In this document: in pieces, positions 26,552-37,690 of the stretch
Numbering within the stretch: the stretch's first letter is position 1
How the letters are laid out: each line of letters starts with the position of its first letter
Origin: Felis catus
Lineage: Eukaryota
Assembly (NCBI RefSeq): GCF_018350175.1
Contig: NC_058368.1
Span: forward strand, 64,854,001 to 64,918,000
Reading direction: 5' to 3'
Length of the DNA stretch: 64,000 nucleotides
The notes under the pieces: model-generated
Told to the model about the DNA's origin: nothing
The model's input: only the letters and a program-made list of their open reading frames with translations
Database searches by the model: none
Position numbers and translations under genes: made by a program

Positions 26552-26770
26552 TAGAACTTCTCAATCTAAGTATTGATATCTTGGGACAAGTAATTGTTGT
26601 GATGGGTCTGCCTTTTGTATTGTAGGATGTTTATCAGCCTCCCTGGCCTCTACCCGTCAGATTCCCCTTTTGTACTCCCCCTCTCATAGTTGTTGCAATG
26701 TAAAATATCTATAGACGTTAACAGATATATCTTGGGACAAAATGTTAACCCCCACCCATTGAGAACCACC
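26552..26770 (-). mobile_element. MER20 (hAT-Charlie MITE)
   Basis: 'ttgtaggatgtttatcagcctccctggcctctaccc...gttgttgcaa...ttgagaaccac' matches the reverse complement of MER20 as recalled. Confidence 0.85.
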
Positions 26771-27819
26771 ACTCTAGAGTAATATTAGCCCAATTTCTTT
26801 TTTTTTTTCATTTCTAATGGAGACCATGCAAATAGTAATTATACTTATTTCATGGAGTTGTTGGAAAAATTAAAAACTTAAAGTTATGAGAATATTGTCA
26901 GGCACATAGTAATGGGTGGGGAAAATACAGAATTATTATCATGGGTATAACATTATGAATGGCAACCGCTCTAAACATAGGATGGGCATTCTTTAACAAC
27001 CATTTGCTCATGAGATGGGTTGACATCACCTGTGTTTATATTTATGTTCAGGGTCATTATACTCATTATATGGATACCATTCATTTTCTCCTTTGAATAA
27101 TATTAAGTGATGATTTCCCCTTTACCTCTAAGGATTAATAAACCAGAAATTACAATGGGAATAAATTAATTAATTTTGTGTGAAAAGGATTAGAGATTTA
27201 AATTTATATTATCATAGATGAAGTAATTCACTCTTCCATCTCCAAGCAAAAGTAATAGGTAATTTGAATTTGGAATGTCAAGACCAAGGCCATACACTTT
27301 GTGGAATTTAATTGTAAAAACAGCTTTGTCATTCTGGCAAAATTAATGAGCTCCTTATTTAGATTTTTCAAAGATTTGTTTTTAATTTTTAGATTTCTTC
27401 AGAGAGTTTAATTGGAAGATGAAAAAGGACACTCTGAGAAAGAGAAGCAGTATGCAAGTTGGTGATTTTGTGGACATCATGTGGAACCATCTCATTAGAT
27501 TTATAACTTGTCATGTAGGACTCACTGCATAGGTATTTTCACCATGATCTTCATATTGATTCTGGGCCACACATGTTGCATACAGGCTGATGAATTTAAG
27601 AACAGATCTAATGATTGCTTAATGTAGCCTGGAAAACAGCTTTCAAAAGTCATTAGGCCTACAAAGTGATAGGGTTTGCACCCTTGAGACATCATTCTAA
27701 AGACAAATGGATTTCAGTTTGAATTTCTTCTCTTAATTCATTACAAGTCTCTATGTAATTCATCAGGCCAGTAAAATTTTTGTTCTGCTGAAAAGAATTC
27801 TAAGCCTGAAGCCAAAAGC

Positions 27820-27915
27820 TGTATTTAAACTAAGGTTCTACCACTTTATGGCTGTGATATGGTCAAGGTGACATAATTTCTTGGACCTCAGTTTCCTGCA
27901 GTGTAGAGATTGATC
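27820..27915 (+). mobile_element. MIR fragment
   Basis: 'ttctaccactttatggctgtga...ggacctcagtttcc'. Confidence 0.6.
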
Positions 27916-27920
27916 TAGTC

Positions 27921-28104
27921 CCATGGTTCTCAATAAGTGACCCAAGAGCCAGCAGCATTAGCACAACTTGGGAACTTACAAATGCAAATTCTAGGCTCCA
28001 TACCAGACATATAGGATCATTCTGGGAATGTGACCAAGATATTTGTGATTTAATAAGTCCTCCAGGTGATTCTGATTCATGATAAAGTTTCAGAACCACC
28101 ACTG
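27921..28104. mobile_element. MER5A (hAT-Charlie MITE)
   Basis: TIRs 'catggttctcaa' and 'agaaccacc'; internal 'ccagcagcattagca...tgggaactt...aatgcaaattct...ctccaggtgattctgat'. Confidence 0.85.
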
Positions 28105-28109
28105 TACTT

Positions 28110-28837
28110 CAGGGATCAGCAAATATTTTCTTTACAGGGCCAGAAAGTAATAAGGTAGCTTCTTCCCCTTATCCATGGGGGATATATTCTAAGACTTCTA
28201 GTGGATGCCTGAAACCATGGATAGTACCAAACCCTATGTATGTTTTTTTTCTTATAAAGTCTACTTTATAAATCAGGCACACTAAAAATTAATAATAATA
28301 ACTAATAATAAAACAGAACAATTACAACAATCTAGTGTAATAAGTTATGTGAGTGTGGTATCACTCTCTTGAAATATCTTCTTTTACTCACCCTTCTTCT
28401 TGTGATGATGTGAGATGCTAAAATGCCTACGTGATGAGATGAAATGAACAACCGAGAAACTGTGACATAACGTTAGGTTTTTGACCTTCTGGACCTCAGT
28501 TGACCATAGATAAGGGGGGACTACTGTATTTTAGGCTATAGGAACAAGAAGAAAAATCAAGAATATTATGTACACATTTATATAAAAAGAAAACATTTTT
28601 CTTGACATAATTTAAGATAATCATAATAACATTTGTTATTGTTGTATATATCTAATAAGGTAAAGAATGGAATCTTCTTTAGGAAGGATACTATTCTGGT
28701 GCATTGGAGTTCCAAGTTAATGTTCCTTTTCACAAAACCGATTGCACATATTCATCTGTAAAAGTCATTCTTAGCTCATGGGCCTTCCAAGAGGTGGCAG
28801 ACTGAATTTGTCCTGTACGCCACAGTTTCCACCCCTG
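28110..28837 (+). mobile_element. MER58-family (hAT-Charlie) element interrupted by MER44
   Basis: 'cagggatcagcaaa...agggccagaaagtaata' resumes as 'ttttaggct' after the insert and ends 'agtttccacccctg'. Confidence 0.75.
28153..28526 (-). mobile_element. MER44 / Tigger7-derived TcMar MITE
   Basis: Ends 'ccccttatccatgggggata...gtggatgcctgaaacc' and 'gataaggggggactactg', flanked by TA on both sides (28151-2 and 28527-8). Confidence 0.8.
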
Positions 28838-28938
28838 ATATCTAGGACCTCTAGAGTCCTTTCCATCTGCTTTTCATAAGTCCACCTGCATCAATGCTGG
28901 GTTTGCTTTATTACCTTTGCTTTTTTTCTCCTCTTCAG

Positions 28939-29038
28939 GTAAAATTAAGACCCAAATTACAAATGCTGGCTCCATCTTCAACCTAATCCCATCTACCTAC
29001 ACTATCACTGCATATAGATCTTTCATGAAAATTAAACA
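28939..29038 (+). other. Candidate 100-nt exon
   Basis: Acceptor ctttgctttttttctcctcttcAG, donor ACA|GTGAGT. A phase-1 frame is open (KIKTQITNAGSIFNLIPSTYTITAYRSFMKIK) but is not a protein I recognise. Confidence 0.2.
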
Positions 29039-30074
29039 GTGAGTGCTTAGATGAGATATAAAGTCCAAAATGAGTCCTTATATTCCTCAACTGATTTCAT
29101 CCAGAGTGAAGCTAAGTACTAACAATGACCTTCTAGATAGACTTAAAATATGCTGTAGTATCCATTAGCAATATTCTTCATGAGCTCCTTATTGTCTGTT
29201 GGGGGAAAAAAGACTGTCAAAAGTCAACAGTGTTTCAGAGATTAGCCGAAATAAAATATATCAAAGTCTTGTGTTCTTCTAAATAAGCTATAAGCAGGAA
29301 CTTAATATCCCAAGCAATTACCTGTTATCAGATTGTGAATAAGACATATTATTCAGATTCTTTTTTATCCATTCAGGTGGGAATACCAGATACAGATATC
29401 TTTTTTAATCAAAGTTTCTATCTTAAGTAAAAACAGAGAGAGGGCACAAATTAGTTGAATCAATTCATTTGCTTTTGCCAGAAGGTTGCCTCCTGCAATT
29501 AATTCAATTGACTAGTTTAATTTCTTTATACATTCATTAGGGCATTCATGAGGATATGATTATTTAGTTTTAAATAGCACTGGGGCTCTATTTTCTCTAA
29601 TCCCCTTGACTCCAAACCACTGCAATGCTTCTAGTTGCTATGCTCTCTGCTATGTGGAAGAAGAGCCCAGCACTCTCCCTGAAGGTGTGTGAATAATGTA
29701 ATGCAATATCCCTACTCTAGTCTGGGCATATCTATTGTGGGTGCTGAGCACTTAGTTCTTGATCAGATGATTAAGTCAAGGTGCTTGGCATAAGGCAGAG
29801 AATTGGCTATGTTGGAAAGATGGGGGAGGGTGACACATTGGTCTTCTGTGCACTATATAAAACCAGAAAAATCTTCCCTTCTGTTTGAATGGAAAATTAG
29901 TTTCTTACAATTTCTTTTGGAATTTGCATTGGATATTGCAGATGGAATGATAACTTCAAGGAACATTTCAATCACCAGGGTTCTTTTTTTCTTTTTTTGC
30001 ACATAAAGGGAAGAAGGACTGAATTCTTCTAGTCTTTATTTGCTACACTGACACAAAGATTTACTCTTTAATCT

Positions 30075-30560
30075 TTGTTTTTAATTTTCTAATGAGGTAA
30101 AACACACACATGGTAAAATATAGAAAGTGAAAATTCTTTTTTTTTAATGTTTATATATTTTTGAGAGAGACAGAGACAGAATGCGAGTGGGTTAGGGACA
30201 GAGAGAGCGGGAGACACAGAATTGGAAGCAGGCTACAGGCTCTGAGCTGTCAGCACAGAGCCTGATGTGGGGCTTGGGCTCACAAGCTGTGAGATCATGA
30301 CCTGAGCCGACTGAGCCACCCAGGCGCCCTTACAAAGTGAAAATTCTTATGTGTACATCTCAATGAATCGTTACCAACCCCTGGTCACAAGAGAGAACAT
30401 TTTCCACACTCCAGCCAGTCAGCGCCCACTCAGGTAAACACCCTTCTCACTTATATGACTATAGATTAGATTTGTCTGTTTCTTAAAATTTTATGCAAAC
30501 ATTATTTAGTTTTCTGTTTGTGTCTTTTTGCTCAAAATTATGCCTCTGCCTAGATATGTT
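30075..30560 (-). mobile_element. Old L1ME/MD-like 3' fragment split by a SINE
   Basis: 'aaagtgaaaattcttatgtgtacatctcaatgaat...gaacattttcca...atagattag...ttgctcaa'. Confidence 0.55.
30139..30330 (-). mobile_element. Can-SINE (SINEC_Fc-type) with a small internal deletion
   Basis: TSD aaagtgaaaattctt at 30124-30138 and 30334-30348. The body reads 'cctgagccga|ctgagccacc', lacking ~18 nt seen in the other copies. Confidence 0.96.
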
Positions 30561-31121
30561 CTTAAGTATATGTATAGAAATAGCCACAATTTGGGGTCCA
30601 CAATTTATAAACACAGGCCATTCATCTCCCTAGAAAACATGTGAAAACCTACAGTCTGGATGAATGAAAGTAAATACAATATATTAGCCAAATATAAATA
30701 GTGAAATCCTGTTTCTCTTCTGTTATGTAACATAATTGCAATTTTCTCGTATGTAGAGTTACAAGTACAGATAGAACTGTTAATCTACAACACAAAAAAT
30801 GAATTGTAGGTTTTGCATGTTTTCATGATTATTGATACCCTGTAGATTTTAAAACCAACCTAGGAGTCCATAGTGATGAATGGCTTTACTTTAAGAAAAT
30901 TTATAATTTTCATCTACTTTACTCCACACTTTATAAGCCTAATTTTTCAAGGATCATTAATTCACTTTTCTCTGGTGGCTGTTATATATTGTTTGGATTT
31001 CATTCGTGTCATTTTTGCCCTCTAGTATATACAGTGCTCCTTTGCAATTTTTTTTGTTCTTATTTAACTCAATCCTTCCATTTTTGAACCATTTTCTATG
31101 CACATTATGGCTTCCCTTGCT

Positions 31122-31123
<2 letters not shown>

Positions 31124-31179
<56 letters not shown>
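31124..31179. repeat. (AT)28 microsatellite
   Basis: Perfect AT run. Confidence 0.97.
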
Positions 31180-31181
<2 letters not shown>

Positions 31182-31442
31182 CTCCATAATCAATTTCACC
31201 CAGCCACTCCTTTATTTCTGTTATTTACCAGTTCTCCAAGCTGGCCACTGGGACTCCTTCAACTCCCTTTCCACTGTCTTCCCACTGCCACTCATAATTC
31301 ATATTCTCATCACCGGAACCCTGATTGCACTGATGATCTAACACGCCTGCCTGGTCCACCCTCTCCCGGCCGCAATCCATCTACTCTATGCTCCCTAAAC
31401 CTCTGATGGAATTAGTCAAGTCCTCTGCTGAAAAACTTAAAT

Positions 31443-32160
31443 CAGTATTTCTCCAACTTCAAGATTGTGTGGATCCATTTTCAGGGAAAAAATATCCTCT
31501 AGATCACCAATGTTGACTTAAATAATTTTCATTATAATATAAATAAGTATAAACATAAGCCTATGTATAAAATCCTTCTTTCAGATCTTATAGAAATATA
31601 AAATCAAATCAACAACTAACACTAACAAAATTATGAAGTTGACATAACTTAAATGATTGTAATAAATGAAAATAAATCCCCACCCATTAAGTGAGCATTG
31701 TATTAATTGCTACATTTTGTACACAGGCAAGCCTAAAAGTGCTGGAGGATTGCATCATCTCATGAAACACACTATTATGGCAGGACTATAAATAACACCT
31801 GCAATATGAGATGATGTAATCCTCCCAACATTTTTCTTCATTCAAAATATTCTAAAACATTCATGCCTTCATGCACTGCAATGTCATTTACCTTCACTGG
31901 TTTCAAATGCATCATTTACTCCTTAAGTCCACCTGGGTTCTTTTCTCATTAGTTCACTAAAATTAAAGCAGTATTACCTGATTACCATACAATGGATGAT
32001 AAACACACACAAATGGAATAATATTGTAGTCTCTAGATAGGAGGCTGGCATCCAGATGGCACAGAATATGCTTACATTATTTTATAGACTATTATTTAAA
32101 TGAAAACCCCCAATGTCATATATCAAAAATATTTCAGAAGACCTAGTTTAAATATATTGA
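31443..32160. mobile_element. Possible ancient hAT-Charlie-type DNA transposon remnant
   Basis: Starts 'cagtatttctccaactt' (Charlie-like TIR) with a degenerate inverted end 'agtttaaatatattg'. The family could not be assigned. Confidence 0.3.
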
Positions 32161-32780
32161 ATTAAACTATACTCTGCTATCTATATATTCACACCCAAAT
32201 AATCAAGTAGACTTGTTTTCCTTAAAATGCATTTGTATGTGTGTCATGTCTCATTAACCAGATTTTAATTTCCTTAAAGGCAGAAGCATAGCTTAAATTC
32301 CTTTGTGCTTTCAGACCCTAGCGCAAGACTTGTACATATTGATCATCATGAAAAGTTCTCATCAATTGGTTACTCAGTTAAAGAAAAGCTTCTGCTATTT
32401 CACTCTTTTCTGCCTTTTCTTGCACTCAGACTTGATTTGCCTACTAGGTCACTCTTTCTTACCCCCAAACTTCACCTTAAACAGTCTCATATCCATAACT
32501 TTGTTCATATTATTTCCATTTAAAATAACTTCTCTGCACACTGTAGTATCCCATCTTACATTTTTTAGCTGACTTTCTATGTATCTTCTATTTTTTTGTG
32601 GAAAGTAATTTTTTTTATCTACCTCAAGCAGGTTCTTAAATGCTGCTTGAGGATTTTTTATGATGGCTGCCCTAAAACCTTTGCAAGATAATTATAACAT
32701 CTTTGTTATCTTGGTACTGGCATCTATTGATTGTTTTTATTATTATTATTAATATTAGGTTTAACATCTTCCTGATTCTT

Positions 32781-32998
32781 TTTTTCTTAAAAATTTTTTT
32801 TTATGTTGGATTATTTTTGAGGGAGAGGGAGACATTACGAGCAGGGGAAGGGCAGAGAGAGAGGGAGACACAGAATCCAAAATAGGCTCCAGGCTCTGAG
32901 CTGTCAGCACAGAGCCCTGACGCGGGGCTCGAACCCATAGACCATGACATCATGACCTGAAGTTGGAGGCTCAACCAACTGAGCCACCCAGGCACCCC
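32781..32998 (-). mobile_element. Can-SINE inserted in the tail of the adjacent SINE
   Basis: Full body ending 'gagccacccaggcacccc'; lies inside the outer TSD pair. Confidence 0.95.
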
Positions 32999-33000
32999 AG

Positions 33001-33214
33001 TTTAATTTTTCTTAATGTTTATTATTGAGAGAGACACACAGAGTATAAGTGGAAGAGGGGCAGAGAGTGAGGGAGACACAGAATCTGAAGCAGGCTCTGG
33101 GCTCTGAGCTGTCAGCACAGAGCCTGACAAACCATGAGATGGAACCCATGAACCGTGAGATCATGACCTAAGCCAAAGTCAGCTGCTCATCCAACTGAGT
33201 CACCCAGGCACCCT
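33001..33214 (-). mobile_element. Can-SINE (SINEC_Fc-type)
   Basis: Full body. The degenerate TSD acat(c)ttcctg(a/g)ttctt at 32764-32780 and 33215-33230 brackets both SINEs. Confidence 0.95.
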
Positions 33215-33899
33215 ACATTTCCTGGTTCTTGATTTCGTGAGTGCTTTTCAGCAGAAACCCAGCCACCTTAGGTATTGTGTGTTGGGAGACTCTAGATCTT
33301 AAATCAACATTCTGTTTTCACCACCACCACCCTTTCAGGGCAGAGTACCGTCTAATCACTGCTAGGTGTGGGTAAAAGTCTGGGTTGCATACTTGTTGAC
33401 ACTCACGATAAAGGTACTCCTCATTACTTTTGGTAGGGTTTGGAGTTCTAGTCCCTGCTAGGCCTCCACTGACTTCAGGAAAGTAATGGTGTCCCCAGTA
33501 CCACAAGAGTGGTGGTGCTAGTCCTCGCTCTCCACAAGCCTTTTTTTTTGGCACAGCCCTAGTGGGGAGACGGAGGGGTGGCTCATTACTGCCAGGAGAC
33601 TGTGAAAGTCTAGGATCTTCCTATGAGCCCCAGTGACACAACAGGGTAGGGCTTCATTACAGTCTGGCAGGGATAAAAACTCATCTCTCTATTCAGCCTT
33701 GTTTGACCCCACCTGGTAGAAATTTGAGGTGCTTCCTTACAGCTTGGCCTGGGTGGACTTCAGACTCACCACTTGGCTTTGTGGCATTCCCCGTGTTGCC
33801 CATCTCAGAAAATAAAATCTACTCTTAGGTCCTGATTTATTTTTGAAAAGACTTTTTTCACATCCAGTTGCTCTAAAAAGTTAATTATTCAGAGATACC

Positions 33900-34434
33900 T
33901 CTAAATGGTAGCTTCCTAGTGCTTAGTCAACCACCTTTACCTTTCCATCTGCACTCTTTCTGTAGATTTCATCAAATCCCATATCCACAAACACCTCCTA
34001 TATTTTGTACTACTCCTAAGTATTTCCACCTTCAGCCTCTCTTTTGAAATCCAAATTTATGTATATGTTTGCTTCCTTGACATCTCCATTTTGACAATAA
34101 GCAAATCAAATTTGACTCCTCCCCTCTCTACCATTGCTGCCAAATCTGCCCCTGTCTTAATTTCCTAATTCAAACAATAGTATTCTTCCAGATGCTCATG
34201 TTCAAACAATAAATTCCTATCTTTTTTTCTTCTAACACCCTGAATTAATCACTCAGAAAATCTTATAAGCTCAATTTAAAAGATACATACATTTCTAGAT
34301 AGTTTTTAAAACCTCCATCGTGCATTGAATCACCATCATTTCTCAGCTGGACCACTGCAATAGCCTCCCATTTTGTGTTTGCAACCTTCTTTGACACTAC
34401 TTAAGTATAGTCCCACAAGTGCTAGAGTGATTTT
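33900..34434 (+). mobile_element. L2 fragment (left part, split by L1)
   Basis: 'cttgacatctccatt...ccatcatttctcagctggaccactgcaatagcctcc...tagagtgattttt'. Confidence 0.7.
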
Positions 34435-34805
34435 TTGGTAATGTTTTAAGAATATTAATTCCAGTATAATTAATATACAAAGTAATATTAATTTTAGGTG
34501 CACAATAGAGTAATTCAACAATTCTGTACATTACTCAGCGCTTGTCATGATAAATGTATTCTTAATCCCATTCACCTATTTTACCCATCCCCCCACCCAA
34601 CTTATCTCTGGTAACCATCAGTATATTCCCCATAGTTAAGAGTCTGTTTTAAGTTTTCTCTATATTCTTTGTTTTGTTTCTTAAATTCCACATATGAGTG
34701 AAATCATGTGGTATTTATCTTTCTTTGACTGACTTCACTTAGCATTAAACCCATCCATGTTTTTGCAAATGACAAGATTTCATTCGTTTTTATGACTGTT
34801 ATTCC

Positions 34806-34807
<2 letters not shown>

Positions 34808-34841
<34 letters not shown>
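34808..34841. repeat. (TG)17 microsatellite in the L1 ORF2 3' region
   Basis: Perfect TG run. Confidence 0.95.
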
Positions 34842-34845
<4 letters not shown>

Positions 34846-35194
34846 TGTATATATATAAACACACAATGTATATATATTTATATGTGTATAGATGGATATA
34901 CAGATACCACATTTCTATCCATTCATCTATCAAGGGACACTTGGGCCACTTCCATAATTTGGCTATTGTAAGTAATGCTGCAATAAACATAGGGGTGCAT
35001 ATATCTTTTTACATTAGTGTTTTTATATTCTTTGGGTAAATACTCAGTACTGAAATTACTAAATCATATGGTAATTCTATTTGTAATTTTTTGAGGAACC
35101 TCAGAAACGGTGGCTGCACCAGTTTGCATTCCCACCAAAAGTGCAAAGTGTTCTTTTTCTACTCATCTTCACCAACACCTATTGTTTCTTGTGG

Positions 35195-35228
35195 TTTTTT
35201 ATTTTTTTCTGTATTTATTTATTTTGAG

Positions 35229-35264
<36 letters not shown>

Positions 35265-35381
35265 TGCATGAGTGGGAGAGGGGCAGAGAGAGGGGAGAGC
35301 AAGAATCCCAAGCAGGCTCCATGTCATCAGCATGGAGCCCAATGTGGGGCTCAACTTCAGAAACCATGAGATCATAACCTG
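35195..35381 (-). mobile_element. 5'-truncated Can-SINE nested in L1
   Basis: T-rich tail, (AG)n tract, 'gaatcccaagcaggctcc...accatgagatcataacctg'. The tRNA A-box head is missing. Confidence 0.9.
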
Positions 35382-35876
35382 TCTTTTGTTTTTGACTTAA
35401 GACATTTTGACAGGTGTGATGTGATATTTCATTGTGCTATTGATTCCTAATTCCCTAATGATTAATGATGTTGAGCATCTTTTCATGTGTCGGCCATCTT
35501 TATGTCTTCTTTGGAGAAATGTCTGTTCATGTCTTCTGCCTATTGTTTAATTGGACTATTTGTTTTATATGATGTTGAGTTATATAAATTCTTGAGTTAT
35601 ATAAATTCTATATTTTGGGTAATAACCCTTTGTCAGATATGTCATTTGCAACTATCTTCTCCCATTCAGTAGGTTGTCTTTCAGCTCTGTTGATTGTTTC
35701 TTTCACTGTGCAGAAATTTTTATTTTGATGTGGTCCCAATAGTTTATTTTTGCTTTTGTTTCTCTTGCCTCAAGAGACATATCTAGAAAAATGTTTCAGT
35801 GGCTGATGTCAGAGAAATTACTGCCTGTGCTCTCTTCGAAGGATTTTTATGGTTTTGTGTCTCACATTTAGGTATT

Positions 35877-35936
35877 CAATCCATTTTGATTTTATTTTTA
35901 TGTATGCAATCCATTTTGATTTTATTTTTATGTATG
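35877..35936. repeat. Perfect 30-bp tandem duplication within L1 ORF2
   Basis: caatccattttgattttatttttatgtatg twice. Confidence 0.95.
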
Positions 35937-37585
35937 CTATGAGAAAGTGGTCCAATTTCATTCTTTTGCAAATATCTATTCAGTGTTTCCAGTACCGTGT
36001 GAAGAGACTATCTTTTTCCTGTTGCATTTTCTTGCCTTCTTTCTAAGAGATGGATTGACCATATAATCGTGGATTTATTTCTGGACTCTCTATTCTGTTG
36101 GTCTATTTTTGTTCTAATTACCATACTGTTATGATTACTGCAGCTTTGTAAGTATCTTTTGATATCTAGGACTGTGATACCTCCAGTTCTGTTCTTGTTC
36201 AAATTTGCTTTGTCTACTCAGGGTTTTTGTGGTTCCATAACAAATTTTAAGATTATTTGTTCTGATTCTGTATAAAATACTATAGGTATTTTGATAGGGG
36301 TTGCATTGATCTGTAGATTGCTTTGGGCCATATAGGCATTTTAAAAATATTTGTTTTTCCAATCCATGATCATGGAATATCTTTCCATTTGTTTGTGTTA
36401 TCTTTGATTTCTATCATCCATGTTTTATAGTTTTCAGAGTATGTCTTTAACCTCCTTGGTTAAATTTATTACTAAGTATTTTATTATTTTTGGTGCAATT
36501 GTAAAAATTTGACTTTCAGCTATGTCATTATTAGTGTATGGAAATGCAACAGATTTGTGTATATTGATTTTTATCCTGCAAACTTACTGAATTCATTTTT
36601 TAGTTCTAATATTCTTTTTGTGGAATATTTAGGGTTTTCTTTATATAGTATCATGTCATCTAAAAAAATTAAAATTTTACTTCTTCCCTACCGATTTGGA
36701 TGCCTGTTTTATTTTTATTGTCTGATTGCTGGCAAGGTCTTCTAGTACTATGCTGAGTAAGAGGGTAAGAATGGACATCCTTGTCTTGTTCCTGATCTGA
36801 GTGGAAAAGTTACCTGTTTTTCACCATCGAATATGATGCTAGCTGTGAGTTTTTCATACATGGCTTGTGTTATGTTGAGGATGCTCCCTCTAAATTTACT
36901 TTTTTGAGGGTTTTTTTTTAAATAATGAATGGAATTTGTACTTTGTCATATGCTTTTTCTGAACCTATTGAAATAATCCATATGATTTTTATTCCTTCTC
37001 TTGTTGATGTGATGTAACCCATTGATTGATCTGCAAATATTGAAACACTCTTGGATCCCTGGAATAAATCCCACTTGATCATGGTAGATAATTTTTTTCA
37101 TATATAGTTGGATTTGGTTTGCTAATATTTTGTTGAGGGTGTTTGCACTTATGTTCATCAAAGATATAGGTCAATAGTTATCTTTTTTTGGTAGTATCTT
37201 TATCAGATTTTGCTTTCAGAGCAAAGTTAGCCTCATAGGATGAATTTGGAAGCTTTCTCTCCTCTTCTATTTTTTGGAGTAGTTTGAGAATAGGTATTAA
37301 CTCTTAAATATTTGGTAGAATTCACCTTCTAAGCCATCTGGTCTGGGACTTTCGTTTGTTGGGAATGTTTTGACCAATGATTCAATTTCATTGCCGGTAA
37401 TTGATCTGTTGAAATTTCCTACCTCTTTCAGATTCAGTTTTGGGAGGTTATATGTTTCTAGGAATTATCCATTTCTTCTAGGTTGTCCAATTCATTGCCA
37501 TATAACATCATAATCTCTAATGACCTATGTATTTTTGTGGTGTCAATTGTTATCTACCCTTTTTCTTTTCTAATTTTATTTGACT

Positions 37586-37589
<4 letters not shown>

Positions 37590-37651
<62 letters not shown>

Positions 37652-37690
37652 CCTTCCTCCCTCCCTCCCTCCCTCCCTCCCTCCCTCCCT
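37590..37690. repeat. (CT)n followed by (CCCT)n compound microsatellite
   Basis: Read directly from the sequence. Confidence 0.95.

Larger units (their letters stand above)
32590..33790 (-). mobile_element. Old L1M (L1MC/M4-like) 5'UTR/ORF1-start fragment split by two SINEs
   Basis: Degenerate repeated monomers '(t)cattact..gg....tg(g/a)aagt(c)tagg' at 33350-33680; 'atggctgccctaaaacctttgcaagataatt'. Confidence 0.55.

Noticed and set aside
30957..31341. ORFs containing (IY)n peptides
   Set aside because: Translation of an (AT)n microsatellite.
32622..32652. 10-bp inverted repeat cctcaagcag/ctgcttgagg
   Set aside because: Short enough to arise by chance or as a local scar within an old L1, with no supporting context.
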